The notes under the pieces are model-generated. The model did no database searches and had not been told where the DNA came from. It saw only the letters and a list, made by a program, of their open reading frames with translations. A stretch of DNA of 64,000 nucleotides, taken from the NCBI GenBank assembly GCA_964188305.1, contig OZ076899.1, one strand, 5' to 3'. Positions 11,988 to 25,976 of this stretch are shown one piece after another. Position numbers and translations under genes: made by a program. Numbering within the stretch: position 1 is the stretch's first letter; the number at the start of each line of letters is the position of its first letter. This DNA comes from Podarcis bocagei. Its lineage: Eukaryota.

Positions 11988-13707
11988 TATGTTACCATGG
12001 GTCTCATTAGGGACCACTGGGGCTGAAAAATGATCTGCCAAGGAGCTATGATCCCTCCCCATAGGAGTTCCCAGGCTCAGTCCCTGGAATCTCCAGGTAG
12101 AAGGTTCAAGTAGCAGGTGAATGGAGGAGGCAATGCAGGGCTGGATGGACAAATAGCCCACCCTGTTGTAAGACGTTTCTGCATTCTCAGGAATGCATGT
12201 GTATGCATATAATGTGCATGCCAAGGAGTAATTTAATTGGTGATTGAATACAGTCAAAATTATAGGAATAAACATGGAATGGATGTATCTGCCAATTTTG
12301 GTTCCCCCTCATTGTTCCAGTCTCAAATTTTGTTTAATGCACCTAGGCCATCATTTGCAATTAAAAAAGACAGTCCTCCCAAACAGTTGTCAGTATTTTA
12401 GTCACTAACGTTTTCATTTAGGATGCAATTTTGCCTAACACACACATTTTTGCAAGCAATTTTCCTTAATAGAATGCATGTTTTGTGTTGTTTTCACAAA
12501 TATATGTGTTTTCTGCACACTTTCCCCTAGCATGTTCGGAGATGTGCCTTGCTTTGTGTATTGATTTCAGTAAGGGCAATTTTAGAAGGTTCACATAGAA
12601 AGTTTTGCAACCATAATCAAATCTCTCTCTCTGCCCCATCTTTGTTATAAAGAGATCTGAAACTGGCCTTGAGCAAGGCAGTGGAGAGCCAGTGAATAGC
12701 TCAGACCCCCCAGGTGGGTGTGTTTTTGGTTCACAACCGTGTTTTCACAGAATCTTGTACAAAGAAGGAACATCTGCCATGCTGCAAGATACCCCAAGTT
12801 CTACCTCCAAAGGGCAGCAGCCTGCTTTTTCTGACTCACAACAATACACATCCCTGATCACTGCTACAATTACACCTACAATTTTTCAAAGAATATGATG
12901 ACACCTATAAGGAAGAAAACAATAACTAGCTTTCAGAAACACCTGACAGTTCAATGTGCAGAAGCAGTATGCTTCAGTATGCTATTTTTGCTTTCCTTGT
13001 GTGGGAGAGCAAATGATCAACAAATTGTCATGGACAGGGAATTTTGCCGATTGCTCCCTTTAGTCTACCAGTCTTCAGCTGCTGAGCTGTGACCCAAAGG
13101 CAGTCATTCCCCATCAGTATTGCCACCATTTTCTCATTGTCCTCTTTAAAGTGGGGAAGGCAAAAAGATAGTGGAGAGAAAACGAGAAACAGACCTCCAC
13201 TAAAGACTTTGCCTGAGTCATTGTTTTGAAAATGCTGGTCTTTTTCTGTGAAGAACTGAATGTTTTAGGCTGGGATGAAGCCTTTGCAAAACACCCTGTT
13301 GATTACTATGGGTGTTGTGCGTGACTGGAGAGGAACCATAACACAAGTGCGTAGAATCTGCAGCAGCCTTCCCCAATCTGGGGACCTCCAGATATTTTGG
13401 ACTATAACTCCAATCAGCACCAGTCAGCACAGCTGTATGATGTGAGAGCTGATGGGAGTTGTAGTCCAAAAAGTTTGGAGGTCCTCAGGCTGGGTAAGGC
13501 TGATCTACATTTTATATTCAGTCCCAAAGCATACAAAGCTTTGCAGAAGCAGCTGCTTCTCTGGTTTGCTTCAGTGCCAGGGAATGTTGTTCACTCTCTT
13601 ACTGGCTGTGGTTGGAAGTATGGCTGATTCTGCCTGCCCACCTCCCCACAAAACCCCAGAAATCTGCTTTAGCTGCTAGAGAAATAACAACAACAAAGAA
13701 AAAATTA

Positions 13708-13827
<120 letters not shown>

Positions 13828-15079
13828 CTATAATTGCAGAGGAGTGAAATGGGCGACTCCCCTCTTAAGTGTGTGGTGCAGAGAGGCTGATAGAGTGTGT
13901 CAGCTCTCAAGAGTCCTTCACACATGCTCCATTTGCCCTGGGGTTTGACCTCAGGACCCATAATTCCCATGCACATTCATGCATCTCCCCAAATCTCTTA
14001 TCAGAGACCATGCTGGCTGGGGCTGATGGGAACTGTAGTCCAAAAACTACTTGGGCACCAGGGTTAGATGGAAGGCATGGAGAATGGACCTATCACTGGC
14101 AGTTTTGTTGCTATTCAGAGGCACTCTGCTGCTACATACCAACTGCAAAGGGAGGGTGCTCCCTTCATGTTAAGCTTGTGGGCTACTCAGAGGTATCTGG
14201 TTGGCCACTGTGGCAAGGAAGATGCTGGCTGAGAGAGGCCCTTAGTATGCCTCTTATTATGTGCTGACTGTGTATACATGTTGTTGACACATGGAGAAAG
14301 ACATGCATGATCAATCCCATCAACCTGGCTTGTAAAAGAACCACACAGTCAACCCCACCAATGTGACTGCATTATTTGCCCATATATCACAGCCAGTTGG
14401 GGTTGCTTCACCGACAAGTGGTGTGTGTATGGGGGGCAGTCCTTTGTGATTGTGGGTGAAAAACCAGAAGGTGGTAATTATGCATCTCAGATATTTTGAT
14501 TAATTAAAAACAAGTAGACTGCCTGCAATGTACCTTAGTGGGGATGGTAATTATCCCAGACTAATTAACACTGTGTGTAAATGTGTGATCTTATGTGTGT
14601 GGTACTCGTGTGCTCTCAAATAGAACTGTAAAGAATTTGTCCCAGTTCTTCCTGTAAATAAGCCTGCACCAAAGCCTAAGGGCAGGTACATGAAACAATT
14701 GCATGTTTCTTCCCTGTTTATGTCCTAAGTACATAGCAGGAGCCTCCCTGGATCAGACCAATGGCCCATCTAATCCAGCATCCTGATCTCACAGAGGCCA
14801 AGCAGATGCCCATTATGGGATGCCCACAAGCAGGTCCCAAGTGCAACAGCAGTGCTCTCACCACCTCTGCATCAGTCTCTGCTTTCCTCCGTGCATAAAT
14901 TGAGACTGTAGGTTCTTTGGCAGCAGCGAACTGTCTACTTGTACACTATAAAGCACTAGGCACGTGGATGGCACTAAACAAGCAATAAATAATAATTTAT
15001 TTCCAACATTTGTTTTCTCTTGATTAAAAGGGAAACATGAAGAAGGGCTGCAGATTCTTAGGACTGAACCACCTGTGTG

Positions 15080-15666
<587 letters not shown>

Positions 15667-16800
15667 TTATGGAGCAAGTACTTATCCGACACCCCACTTA
15701 CTTCTACAATATCTTATCTTCCCCCTCCTCCAAGGAGGTCAATAAAGCACCTTCTGCCATTTCATTGTCACAATGACACTATGCGGCAGGTCAGCCTGAG
15801 AGACAGTGACTGGCCCAGGGTCACCCAGTGAACACGGAGTGAGCGAGGATTTGAATTTGAATACATAGTGCAGCACTCTAACCATTACACTACACTGCTC
15901 AAGCCATTATAATTAACTGTCTATTGTGCACCAGAATCAGCCAGGATGTGCACTGGTCTGTGTATTGTGCAGCATTGTTGTGAGCCATGAGAGGAGCAGG
16001 ATTATGCTCCCAAGGACCAGAAGGGATCCACACAACTGGTAGTGAATCAGTTCCCCTCATCCGGACTGGTGAAAATTGATTTTGGGTCAGGCTCAGATCT
16101 TCACCTCAGCAAGAGCCAAATTCCGGCCTTGCCTGTGTGGCTTTTAGTCTCTCCAAGCATCAGTTCTTGTTCCTCTTCTGTCTCCATGTGTGCCGGCCAG
16201 TTGTAAGAACCTAGGAAGAGCCTCCTGGGTCTGGCAGAAAGTGGCCCATGTAGTCCAGGACCCGATTCTCACATTGACCAACCAGATGCCTCTGGAAAAG
16301 TCACAAGCAGGAGCTGAGCACATGAGCACACGCCCCTCCCATGGTTTTCTAAACTGGATTCAGAACCATAAATGCCTCTGACGATAGAGGCAGAGCAGAA
16401 CCATGATGGCTAGTAGCCATTAATAGCTTTCTCCGACATGAATTTGTCTAATCCTCTATTATACACATCTATCATGTCACCTCTTATTTGCCTTTTCTCT
16501 AAACCAAAACCCCCCAAATACTGCAACCTTTCCTCATATGGGAGTTGTTCCATCCCCTTGATCATTTTGGCTGCTCTTATCCCATGTTTCCTATCCACTT
16601 GCTCTGCAGCCAAATGCATCCTTGGCCTAGTCCTCCTTTGAATACAGCTCTGTGCTCAGATCTTGGCCTGCTACTGATTCCACTGCCTGATGGGTACTGG
16701 AGCTTTTGTGGCTCTTAGGAAGTGTCCTACCAGAGACAAGATTAGGGCTGGGTGATCAACATTGTGATACATCACCAACTAAACATTGTGATATACAGTG

Positions 16801-17160
16801 GTAAAGGTAAAGGTACCCCTGCCCGTACGGGCCAGTCTTGACAGACTCTAGGGATGTGCGCCCATCTCACTCAAGAGGCCAAGGGCCAGCGCTGTCCGGA
16901 GACACTTCCGGGTCACGTGGCCAGCGTGACAAAGCTGCATCTGGCGAGCCAGCGCAGCACACGGAAACGCCATTTACCTTCCTGCCAGTAATGGTCCCTA
17001 TTTATCTACTTGCACCCGGGGGTGCTTTCGAACTGCTAGGTTGGCAGGCGCTGGGGCCGAGCAACGGGAGCGCACCCCGCCGCGGGGATTCGAACCGCCG
17101 ACCTTTCGATCGGCAAGCCCTAGGCACTGAGGCTTTTACCCACAGCGCCACCCGCGTCCC
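16801..17160 (-). mobile_element. Sauria SINE (second subfamily, ...cccgtacgggcaggggtacc tail)
   Basis: Reverse-complement SINE; TSD atatacagtggta. Confidence 0.9.
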
Positions 17161-17167
17161 TCATATA

Positions 17168-17425
17168 CAGTGGTACCTCGGGTTAAGTACTTAATTCGTT
17201 CCAGAGGTCTGTACTTAACCTGAAACTGTTCTTAACCTGAAGCACCACTTTAGCTAATGGGACCTCCTGCTGCTGCCGCGCCGCCGGAGCACAATTTCTG
17301 TTCTCATCCTGAAGCAAAGTTCTTAACCTGAAGCACTATTTCTGGGTTAGCAGAGTCTGTAACCTGAAGCGTATGTAACCTGAAGCGTATGTAACCTGAA
17401 GCGTATGTAACCCGAGGTACCACTG
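17168..17425. mobile_element. Tc1/mariner-type MITE (CAGTGGTACCTCGGGTTA family)
   Basis: TA|cagtggtacctcgggtta...taacccgaggtaccactg|TA; internal gtaacctgaagcgtat tandem repeats. Confidence 0.88.
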
Positions 17426-18200
17426 TATCACGATGTCTGAAATAAGGATGGAGCTATGTAGAGGCATTGGCTGGCAGCACGGTTTCCCCCACATTGTAAT
17501 TCCTGCATAGCACACACACAAACACACACATCATGATTTGCGATGTATTGGCAGGTCAAAAATTATGAAACCGATATCACAATATGGACTTCAAACCAGT
17601 TTTGGATGATATATCAATATATCTCCCAGCCCTAAACAAGATCCATTGAACCCCGCATCCTCCTTCCCACATCAGCCAATCAGACGTTATCAGGATGAAG
17701 CCTACAAGGAGAGCTGGAAGGCAAGAGGCCCCCTCTCATGGCTGCTCCCTAGCAATGGGCAAAAGTCTCTGGGTCCAAACAGGCAAGTCCTCTTTTGGCC
17801 CCACTCACACTCAGCTGAGCTAAACCTGAAAATGCACCATAGTGGGGAAACATGAACCCTATGTGTTTCCTGACATGCACTGAACCTGGGATGTTCTGCA
17901 AGCAAAGAACCTGTCCTTTTGCCCCTGAGATTTGTCCTGACCCTGTAAGAGCTCCATGGAAGGATGGGCATAGAGTAAATGGGCCTTCCTCACCAAATGT
18001 TGTTTGACCTCCAACTCCCATTATTCCCAGCAAGCACATTCAATGGTTGGCAGTGATGCAAGCTGGAGTCCAGCAACATATGGAGGGGGCTACCGGGTCT
18101 GGGAAACCTTCAATAAATAAATATTTCAAATCACACACACACACCTCACACACCCTCTGCCACACCACCAAAGCCAGTTCCCTCACATGCCTCAGGATAC

Positions 18201-18270
18201 CTTTCAGTTGGGCCGAGTGTGGAGAATATTGGGCTTCGCTGTGCCATCCTCTCTTTCCAAGAATTTATGC
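18201..18270 (-). CDS. FAM81A: Probable FAM81A start-codon exon (5'UTR 18270-18248; ATG at 18247; MAQRSPIFSTLGPTE-R)
   Basis: Polypyrimidine acceptor tgtttccccaacag|, strong Kozak aggATGG, and AAG|gtatcc donor in phase 2, matching the 15634 exon. Confidence 0.6.
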
Positions 18271-18959
18271 CTGTTGGGGAAACAGCAACACAACATGACT
18301 GAAGCAGTTAAATTATTCATCTGTTTATAGCTGGCACAGAACAGCCACTTCACGCCAGCAATGCCACTGTTAGAGGGCACTTTTGGAATCTGCACAGCCA
18401 AGACAGCACAAAGCTTCCCCATGGAGAAGGCAGTGGCTTGTGGAGGCTCCCAGGGTTATCTGCAACGTGGGTTGGGCAGAAGCAAAACACATGGGAGTAA
18501 CACATGGGCCAAGACGCCTGGCATTGCACCAAAGAGGCTTAGGCCTACACTATCAGGAGCACATGAGGACGCTGTTCCCATATTGAACATGCATGTAAAG
18601 CTTACCTGTGTGCAGAGGTCCAAAAGAGGATGTGTTAGGCCCTGGCACTCTGATGGAATACAGGAAGGCCTGCTAATATTGAGTCAGGAGTGGGCCCATG
18701 TCCTGATGGGCAGCCCTGGTTCTCTAGGATTTTGGGGTTGGGTATCTCCCAGCCCTAGCTGGAGGTGCTGCTAGGGACTGAAATGAGGAGCTTCTGCCTG
18801 CAAAGAAGTATGCTCCCCCTGAGCAACAGCCCATTTATTGGGAAATAGATTGAGCTAGGACTATAACATGGCCAGTCCACTTCCAGAATCTCAGCCAGAG
18901 CAATTGCAGAATCATTGCAGGACCTCCTAGTTTGGGCTGGTGTCCCAGGGCAGAGAGTC

Positions 18960-19265
18960 TGAGAGATCCAGAGGGTGGCAACACACAAACGGGCCTTTTC
19001 TGCAGTGGCTCCCCGCCTGTGGAATGTTCTCCCCAGGGAGGTTCGCCTGGAGCCTTCATTATACACCTTTAAGCACCAGGCAAAAACGTTCCTCTTTAAC
19101 CAGGCTTTTGGTTGATTTGATTGACATATTATGCCCTTTTAAAATGTGTTGGGTGGTGGTGGTGGTTGTTTTTTTAATTATTTGAGTATGCATTTTGTGG
19201 TTTTATATTCTGATGTTATCCTGTGACCTGCAGATATAGGGCAGTATATAAATTCAGTAAATAAA
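18960..19265 (+). mobile_element. L2 LINE 3' fragment
   Basis: gggccttttctgcagtggctccccgcctgtggaat...ggcaaaaacgttcctctt, a typical squamate L2 3' end. Confidence 0.65.
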
Positions 19266-19619
19266 ACAATAAAAAACATACTGGGGAATGTCTTGTGTAG
19301 CTATCCTTGCAGTTTTTGCCTCTATTTATTTATTTTTAATCTAGATGCTTTAGAGCTGTCACCAGATGAAATAAATCTTAGTGAATTGCTTGTATGAGTT
19401 TGATTCATCGATTGGTTACAATAAACACAATTATTTTGGAGGCAAGTCACGCGTTTCCTTTGTTTTTTGAGGATGCTGAGAGGCCTTGAAAGGAAGGGAG
19501 AAGATGGTGGTGGCAGAGATGGGCCCAGCCAGGCCCGCGGCAAAGGAGACACCTAAGTTGCCCCTGCCTCACCTCCCCCCTCCGCCACCACTAACTTCTC
19601 CTTCCTCTGTGCCTCTGGG

Positions 19620-19951
19620 ACCACCTTCACACCACACATTTAAAGTGCTATGAATACCACTGAAACAGTCATGGCTTCCCTCAAAGAATTCTGGGAGCTG
19701 TAGTCTGTTAAGAGTGCTGAGAGTTGTTCAGAGACCCCTGTTCCCCCCACAGAGCTACAATTCTCAGAGTGGCTTAACTGTCAATCTCTCTTCACAGGGA
19801 ACTCTAGAACTGGAACTCTGTAAGGGAAATATGGGCCTCCTCACAACTCTCAGAACGCTTAACAAACTACAGCTCCCAGAATTCTTGAGGGGAAGCCATG
19901 TTGATTCAAAGTAGTATCGTTGTGCTTTAAAAGTATGGTGTGAATTTGGTC
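19620..19951. mobile_element. Hairpin MITE (possibly PIF/Harbinger-like)
   Basis: Inverted ends ttcacaccacacatttaaag...ctttaaaagtatggtgtgaa; internal ggcttccctcaaagaattctgggagctgtag inverted copy. Confidence 0.55.
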
Positions 19952-20200
19952 AGAGTTGAGGGGCCCAGTAGCAGGGGAGGGGAGGAAGAGAACAGCTCCA
20001 GTACTGCTCTACAGCGCTGTGTGATTAAGTTTAAAATAATACATACATTTTAAACATCCCATCCCATAGGCTGATGCCAAGCCTTTTGAAAGTGACTTCT
20101 GGCTCTTTTCTATCTCTTTGGCTTTTGATTTGATTTTGCACCCCTTTCCCAAGCCCATGTTCCTTTCTTGCCTGCTGCTCAGAAGCTACTGCTCAGATAC

Positions 20201-20298
20201 CTTCCTGGAAAATGTCCAGATATTACTCTCCCTCTGATCAACCATAGGTTCCCATTCCAGCCTACTTTCTTTCTGCCTCTCAGCCAACTTTCATGAGA
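20201..20298 (-). other. FAM81A: Candidate alternative FAM81A 5' exon (98 bp, open frame phase 0 to 2)
   Basis: Long pyrimidine tract ...ccttctccacag| and AAG|gtatct donor. Reads SHESWLRGRKKVGWNGNLWLIRGRVISGHFPGR with no stop, in phase with exon 15634. Confidence 0.4.
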
Positions 20299-21674
20299 CT
20301 GTGGAGAAGGAAAGCAAGAAAGAGAAATAAATGGGAGGGGATCTGATGGAGCAACGGAAGGAGGGAGAACCCTCTGCAAGTGACCAGCTTGGACCCCTGG
20401 AGACAGACCCCTGGCAGTCCCCCAGCAGCCTGCTGGGTGGGGAAGAGAGGGAGGAAAAAGGAGGTAGCTCAAACCACTTTTTGTCCTGGCCCCATCTACC
20501 ACCTAAACACCTCACATTGTTCCCCTGCATCTGTTTTAGATTGCAAGCCTCTTGAGGACAGGGACCTTTCACACCCATTCATTGTAAAGCACCCAGACGG
20601 CACTATACAAATCATCATAATTATAACAAAGGCTCATTTCATTCCAGCACAATAACCTGCAATATAAAATTAAACCAGACTCTGGCCCTCACCGCTTTGC
20701 TTTCTGAATGGAATTCACAAAGATTAGTCAGTCACCAAGGCCGGCTACCAAAAAAGAAAAGAAAAGCCATACTGGAGTCCCACTTGCCACCTCAGAGGCC
20801 ATTTGCTCCGAGGCTGATCTCACATGCTCTGAAAACACTGGAACACCCACTGAAACCTGGCAGGATGTGCCATCAGGAGGACTGCTTGGGGATTACTGAT
20901 TAAACATGATGCAATATGGTGCGCAGATGGAAAGGGAACAGAGGGGTTATTTCGATGGAAGTGTCAGCTTTGCAGAGAAAAAAAACCCACAAGGGATATC
21001 CTGCAAAACATCACAAGATACTGCTTGTCTGTTAACCAAGGCCACATTTTCCAAGCACTGCATGGAAAAGAGAGACTTGCTGTGTGCTCCTCCACTCAAA
21101 ATGACAGCACCTCTCTTGGAGGGAGCTTTTGAAAATAGGGCTGCTCCCATGTCTGTAGGAACACCATATACCGGTACATTAGATGAGATTGCCTGTTGCC
21201 TGTCAGCCCCCATCCCATAAGCTGTTGACTAAGATTCTGGGGATGCCATGGAATTCTCCAGATGCTTAGGGGAGAGGTATCAGCAACAGACTGCCAACAG
21301 GCAGTGCTGCTTATGAGAGATGAGTGAGAGGTCCTTTGCTAGACAGGAAAAAAAGATAGCTAGCCTATTGAACTTGGAGGGGTTTGACTTAAGATACGGT
21401 TGGCATGCGTACTTATGGTATGACAAAGTTAAAGTACATAGAGCATGGGTAGGTAAACTAAGGCCCAGGGGCTGGATCCGGTCCAATCGCCTTCTAAATC
21501 TGGCCCGCGGATGGTCCGGGGATCAGCATGTTTTTACATGAGTAGAATGTGTCCTTTTATTTATTTAACTAGAGGTACCACTGTAATCTCCTACAGTAAC
21601 TTTTCTAGCAGAAACTCTTTGACATTCCAGGGTTGCAGCCTCTTCAATGCAGTGTCCATGTAACACACATTTTA

Positions 21675-21933
21675 GAGCATGGGTAGGCAAACTAAGGCCT
21701 GGGGGCCAGATCTGGCCCAATCGCCTTCTAAATCCAGCCTGCGGACGGTCCAGGAATCAGTGTTTTTTTACATGAGTAGAATGTGTGCTTTTATTTAAAA
21801 TGCATCTCTGGGTTTTTTGTGGGGCATAGGAATTCATTCATCCCCCCCCCCAAAAAAAAAATATAGTCCGGCCCCTCACAAGGTCTGAGGGACAGTGGAC
21901 TGGCCCCCTGCTGAAAAAGTTTGCTGACCCCTG
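21675..21933 (+). mobile_element. hAT-type MITE (gggtaggcaaactaaggccc family); a 5'-half copy lies at 21440-21562
   Basis: Ends gggtaggcaaac...tttgctgacccctg. The same family occurs at 56529-56767 (-) and 59624-59870 (+). Confidence 0.75.
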
Positions 21934-23002
21934 ACAGAGAGGGTTCCTAAATCATATAGTAAGGAGGCGTTTATACAGTTTGGATAAGGTATAAGGACCT
22001 TTTAGAAAGGAAAACGCCACAATGGTTATCACCTGTGGAATTATATATTTTTTTATTTTCCTGGCTAATAAATTAAAAATGGCCTCACAAAAGAAGTATC
22101 TGGCATTGACACCTGGCCAATCAAGGAAAGGCTTTATCCAAGAGGGAGAACCAAAGATGACCTTGTGGAGGTAATAATGGAAATGCGGAAAGATCTTCAA
22201 AGCCACACCAAAGTGGTAGGTGAATTATCAACAGAAATAAAGGCTCTTGCAAGTAAAACAAGTAATTTGGAGAAAACAGTGCAAGCTCTTCAAGATGCTG
22301 TCCAAATAAATAAAGAGGAAAATAAAGAAATAATGAAGGAACAGGAAAAGATGCTAGAGGAAGTTGTGGCAGCCAGAGCAACTCAGGAATTAACGGTGGA
22401 TAATTTGGCGTTAATTGAATTAAGGCAAAAAGCGATGTTTTTGAGATTCAGATCTATTCCTCAGCAATCAGATGTAGTAATAAGGGATAAAATAACCGAG
22501 GCACTTGCATCTTTGCTTGAGATGCAACAACAGGATGTGGATACAGCTATTGATTGTGCATTCAGGGTTAAATTTCCATATGCTAAGAAGAAAATATTTC
22601 CAGGGACTGTCTGGTCCTTTTTAATTCTAGAAGTATCAAAGACAGAGTGCTCCAGACATATTATGAGAAAGGTATTGAAATAGATGATGAAAGGATTATA
22701 CGGTAATTTTAAAAGACATTCCAGTAAAATTGTTGAAAAGAGAGAGGATTACAATTTTTTGACAGAGGCCCTTAAAAAGATAAAATTCCGCTTCAGACGG
22801 GAATGACCTGAAGGGATTTCCTATGATTATGAAGGTAAAAAATAGAGGTGTGTAGAACCAGTTAAAGCACATGCCTTTGTAATGCCTTCGTGGTGAGATT
22901 TTGGAATTGAGCATGGAGAATAAGAAGAAGAAGAGAGGGAAGAAGAAGAGGATAAACAGTAAAGAGGGAAGGGGGTAGAAGGAAAACTGGAACTGTGAAA
23001 AA

Positions 23003-23009
<7 letters not shown>

Positions 23010-23063
<54 letters not shown>
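23010..23063. repeat. (TG)n/(TA)n microsatellite
   Basis: Seen directly. Confidence 0.95.
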
Positions 23064-23064
<1 letters not shown>

Positions 23065-23083
23065 GAATGATAAATAAGATATA

Positions 23084-24269
23084 CCGTAATTCTCGCTCTA
23101 TAACACGCACATTTTTTCTCCTAAAAAGTAAGGGGAAATGTCTGTGCATGGTCCCTGGCAGCCGACTGGCAAATGTGTGGTCCCTGGAGCCGACTGGCCC
23201 GAGTGCAGGGGCAAAAATCAGGCAAAAATCAGATCACGCGTCACGGAGGAGGGAAGGCTGCAGAAGCGAGGCTGCTGCTTTCCTGCATTCTGCCTCAGGG
23301 TCTTACTGCCCACCCGTCTCTGTTTTTGGTTGCTGTGTTTGCTCAAATGCAACAAAGAGCAGAGAAATCCCCTGACCTCCTGGCAAGCAGAGGGGAAAGG
23401 AAAGGATCACGTCCTTCCTTCTAATTCCTTCCTAGTCACACTGTGCGCAGGCTCCAGCCCACCCGGCTCAGGTTCCGTCAGCTAGGAGCGCAGCCGACAG
23501 CCACCACCTCCTCCTCTCCGTGCTCCGGTGCTGCTGCTGCTGCGTCCAGCATTCTAAGGACTTGCAGGCAGCCGGACAAAATGCAGGTGGGTGGGAGAGG
23601 GTGGGCTGGCTTGGGTGGGGGAAAACTTTTGCCTTCCTTTCCTCCCTCCTGTTAAACCTCTCTCCTGCATTGTTAGCCAGCTGCTTCTCAGCACACCCCT
23701 CTCATGCTCCTTGTCCCTTCTGTGTTTTTCCTTCCCTCCCCACTTAAAACATGGTTACAAAGCACGGATCCACATGGATCCTCAGGATCTTTGCATTGGG
23801 TCACCACAAATTCACCACCAGATCACATTACATGTCCATGGTTACAGCCTGCACCAAAAAAAATAATGCACCCACTGTTGCCTGGGGCTGCAATGGTGCA
23901 AAAACGTGGTTACAAAGCATGGATCCACATGTATCCTCGGGGTCTTTGCATTGGGTCACCCCAAATTCACCATCAAATCACATAGCATGTCCATGGCTAC
24001 AGCCTGCACCAAAAAAATCACGCACCCACTGTTGCCTGGGGCTGCAATGGTGCAAAAACGTGGTTACAAAGCATGGGTCCACATGGATCCTCAGGATCTT
24101 TGCATTGGGCTACCCCAAACTCACCGTCAAATCACATGTCTGTGGCCACAGCATGAAGCACAAAAATGATACATCCACTGTTTCATTCAGAATTTTTTTT
24201 CTTGTTTTCCTCCTCTAAAAACTATGTGCGTGTTATGGTCAGGTGCGTGTTATAGAGTGAAAAATACGG
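23084..24269. mobile_element. Non-autonomous Tc1/mariner (pogo/Tigger-like) element with about 3 copies of a 155-bp internal repeat (23745-24170)
   Basis: TA|ccgtaattctcgctctataacacgc...gcgtgttatagagtgaaaaatacgg|TA; tggttacaaagca recurs at about 23752, 23907 and 24061. Confidence 0.85.
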
Positions 24270-25750
24270 TAATAGAATACAGTATGGATCTTATATTTAT
24301 TTCATAGAATGTAAATGGACTAAATACTGAAATGAAAATGAATAAAATAGTGCATATATTGTCAAAGTAGAAATTAGACATCATTTGCTTGCAGGACACA
24401 CATATAAAAAGACAACATAGAAAACTACTAATAAATAAATATTTTTAAATAAATAACAAATAAAGGTCTGGGGCAAGAGTTTATCTCTTCTTATAAAACC
24501 AAAAAGGGAGGGGTAATTATGTATGTTAACCCCAAACTAGATCCTAAATTCATTTTTAAAGAAGGCAGAATGATGGTTATTGAAGTGAGACTAGATGGAG
24601 AACCAATTACTGTAGTGGGAAATTTATGCCCCCAATGAACAGAAAACTGATTAAAAAACAAACAAACTGGAAGAGAAATTGTTTGATTTGTGTGATAGTA
24701 AAATAATAATGATGGGTAATTTTAATTGTGTCATTCCCTTGATCTAGATAGAATGGTACGGAAAACAGATTCAAAATAAGGGAAATTGCCAAATACCTTT
24801 TTTGATATGGTGTCCAATTTTGACTTAACTGACCTATGGCGAGTTAAGCATCCATTAGAACACAAATTTACTTTTTTCTCAAATGCAAACAATTCTTCAA
24901 GCAGAATACACCTTTTATTGGCTTTGAAAGAGTTAACAACTAGGGTAAAAAAGGTAGAAATTCAACCTAAGATATTATCCAATCTCAATGGCATCTTTAT
25001 GACAATAACAGGAGGGAAATGTTCTTCATTTAGGTGGAAGGTAAATGATGTGGTATTGCAAAATGAACAAATTATGAGTAAGGGGCAACACTCCCCTACA
25101 AGAATTTTTTTTACCTCAATCTAAATAAAGAAACAGATTTAATTATAGTATGGGATGCCAGTAAGGCAGTGGTGAGAGGTTTCCTAATTCAACAAAATAC
25201 TTTTCAAAAAAAGAGATAGGGGGAAAAAGAAGCAGGAGATATTAGATGCCATGTTGAATAAGGAGAAGTTAATTGCAAAACCAAAGGATAAAGATTTGTG
25301 TCAAGTGATTAAAATACTGCAAGCACAATTTTCACTGTTAGTTAATCAAGAGATTGAGATGAAAATTAAATTAATGGAACAATTTTTTTTTAATTTGCTA
25401 ACAAAGCACATAAATTGTTAGCATGGCAACTCAAAAAAGAAAGAAAAAATAGCACAATAAATAATATTGTAGATGAGGATAAGCATTTGACTAGCTGAAT
25501 AGATAAGAAAGCGTTTGAAAAATATTATATTTCATTATATCATTGTGAGAAAGAGCACTTTAAGAAAATGGACTCTTATTTAAGTGACTGTAACATATCC
25601 CGAGTATCTAAGGAAAACTGGCAAATTCTGAATGCACCCAAATCGATATCGGAATTGCAAATAGAAATAAACTGAATAAATATGGGGAAAGCACCGGGGC
25701 CAGGTGGACTTACAGCCATTTATTATAAAAAGTTTCAGGATATATTTTTA

Positions 25751-25976
25751 CAGTGGTACCTCGGGTTAAGAACTTAATTCGTTCTGGAGGTCTGTTCTTA
25801 ACCTGAAACTGTTCTTAACCTGAGGTACCACTTTAGCTAATGGGGCCTCCCGCTGCCGCCGTGCCGCCGCCACACAATTTCTGTTCTCATCCTGAAGCAA
25901 AGTTTTTAACCCGAGGTACTATTCCTGGGTTAGCGGAGTCTGTAACCTAAAGCGTCTATAACCCGAGGTACCACTG
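25751..25976. mobile_element. Tc1/mariner MITE (CAGTGGTACCTCGGGTTA family) inserted in L1 ORF2
   Basis: TIRs and TA TSD. Confidence 0.88.

Larger units (their letters stand above)
16743..17634. mobile_element. hAT-like MITE hosting a Tc1/mariner MITE and a Sauria SINE
   Basis: TIR tagggctggg...cccagcccta; 8-bp TSD gacaagat/aacaagat. Confidence 0.75.

Noticed and set aside
22165-22683. Host coiled-coil gene
   Set aside because: It is L1 ORF1, directly upstream of degenerate L1 ORF2.
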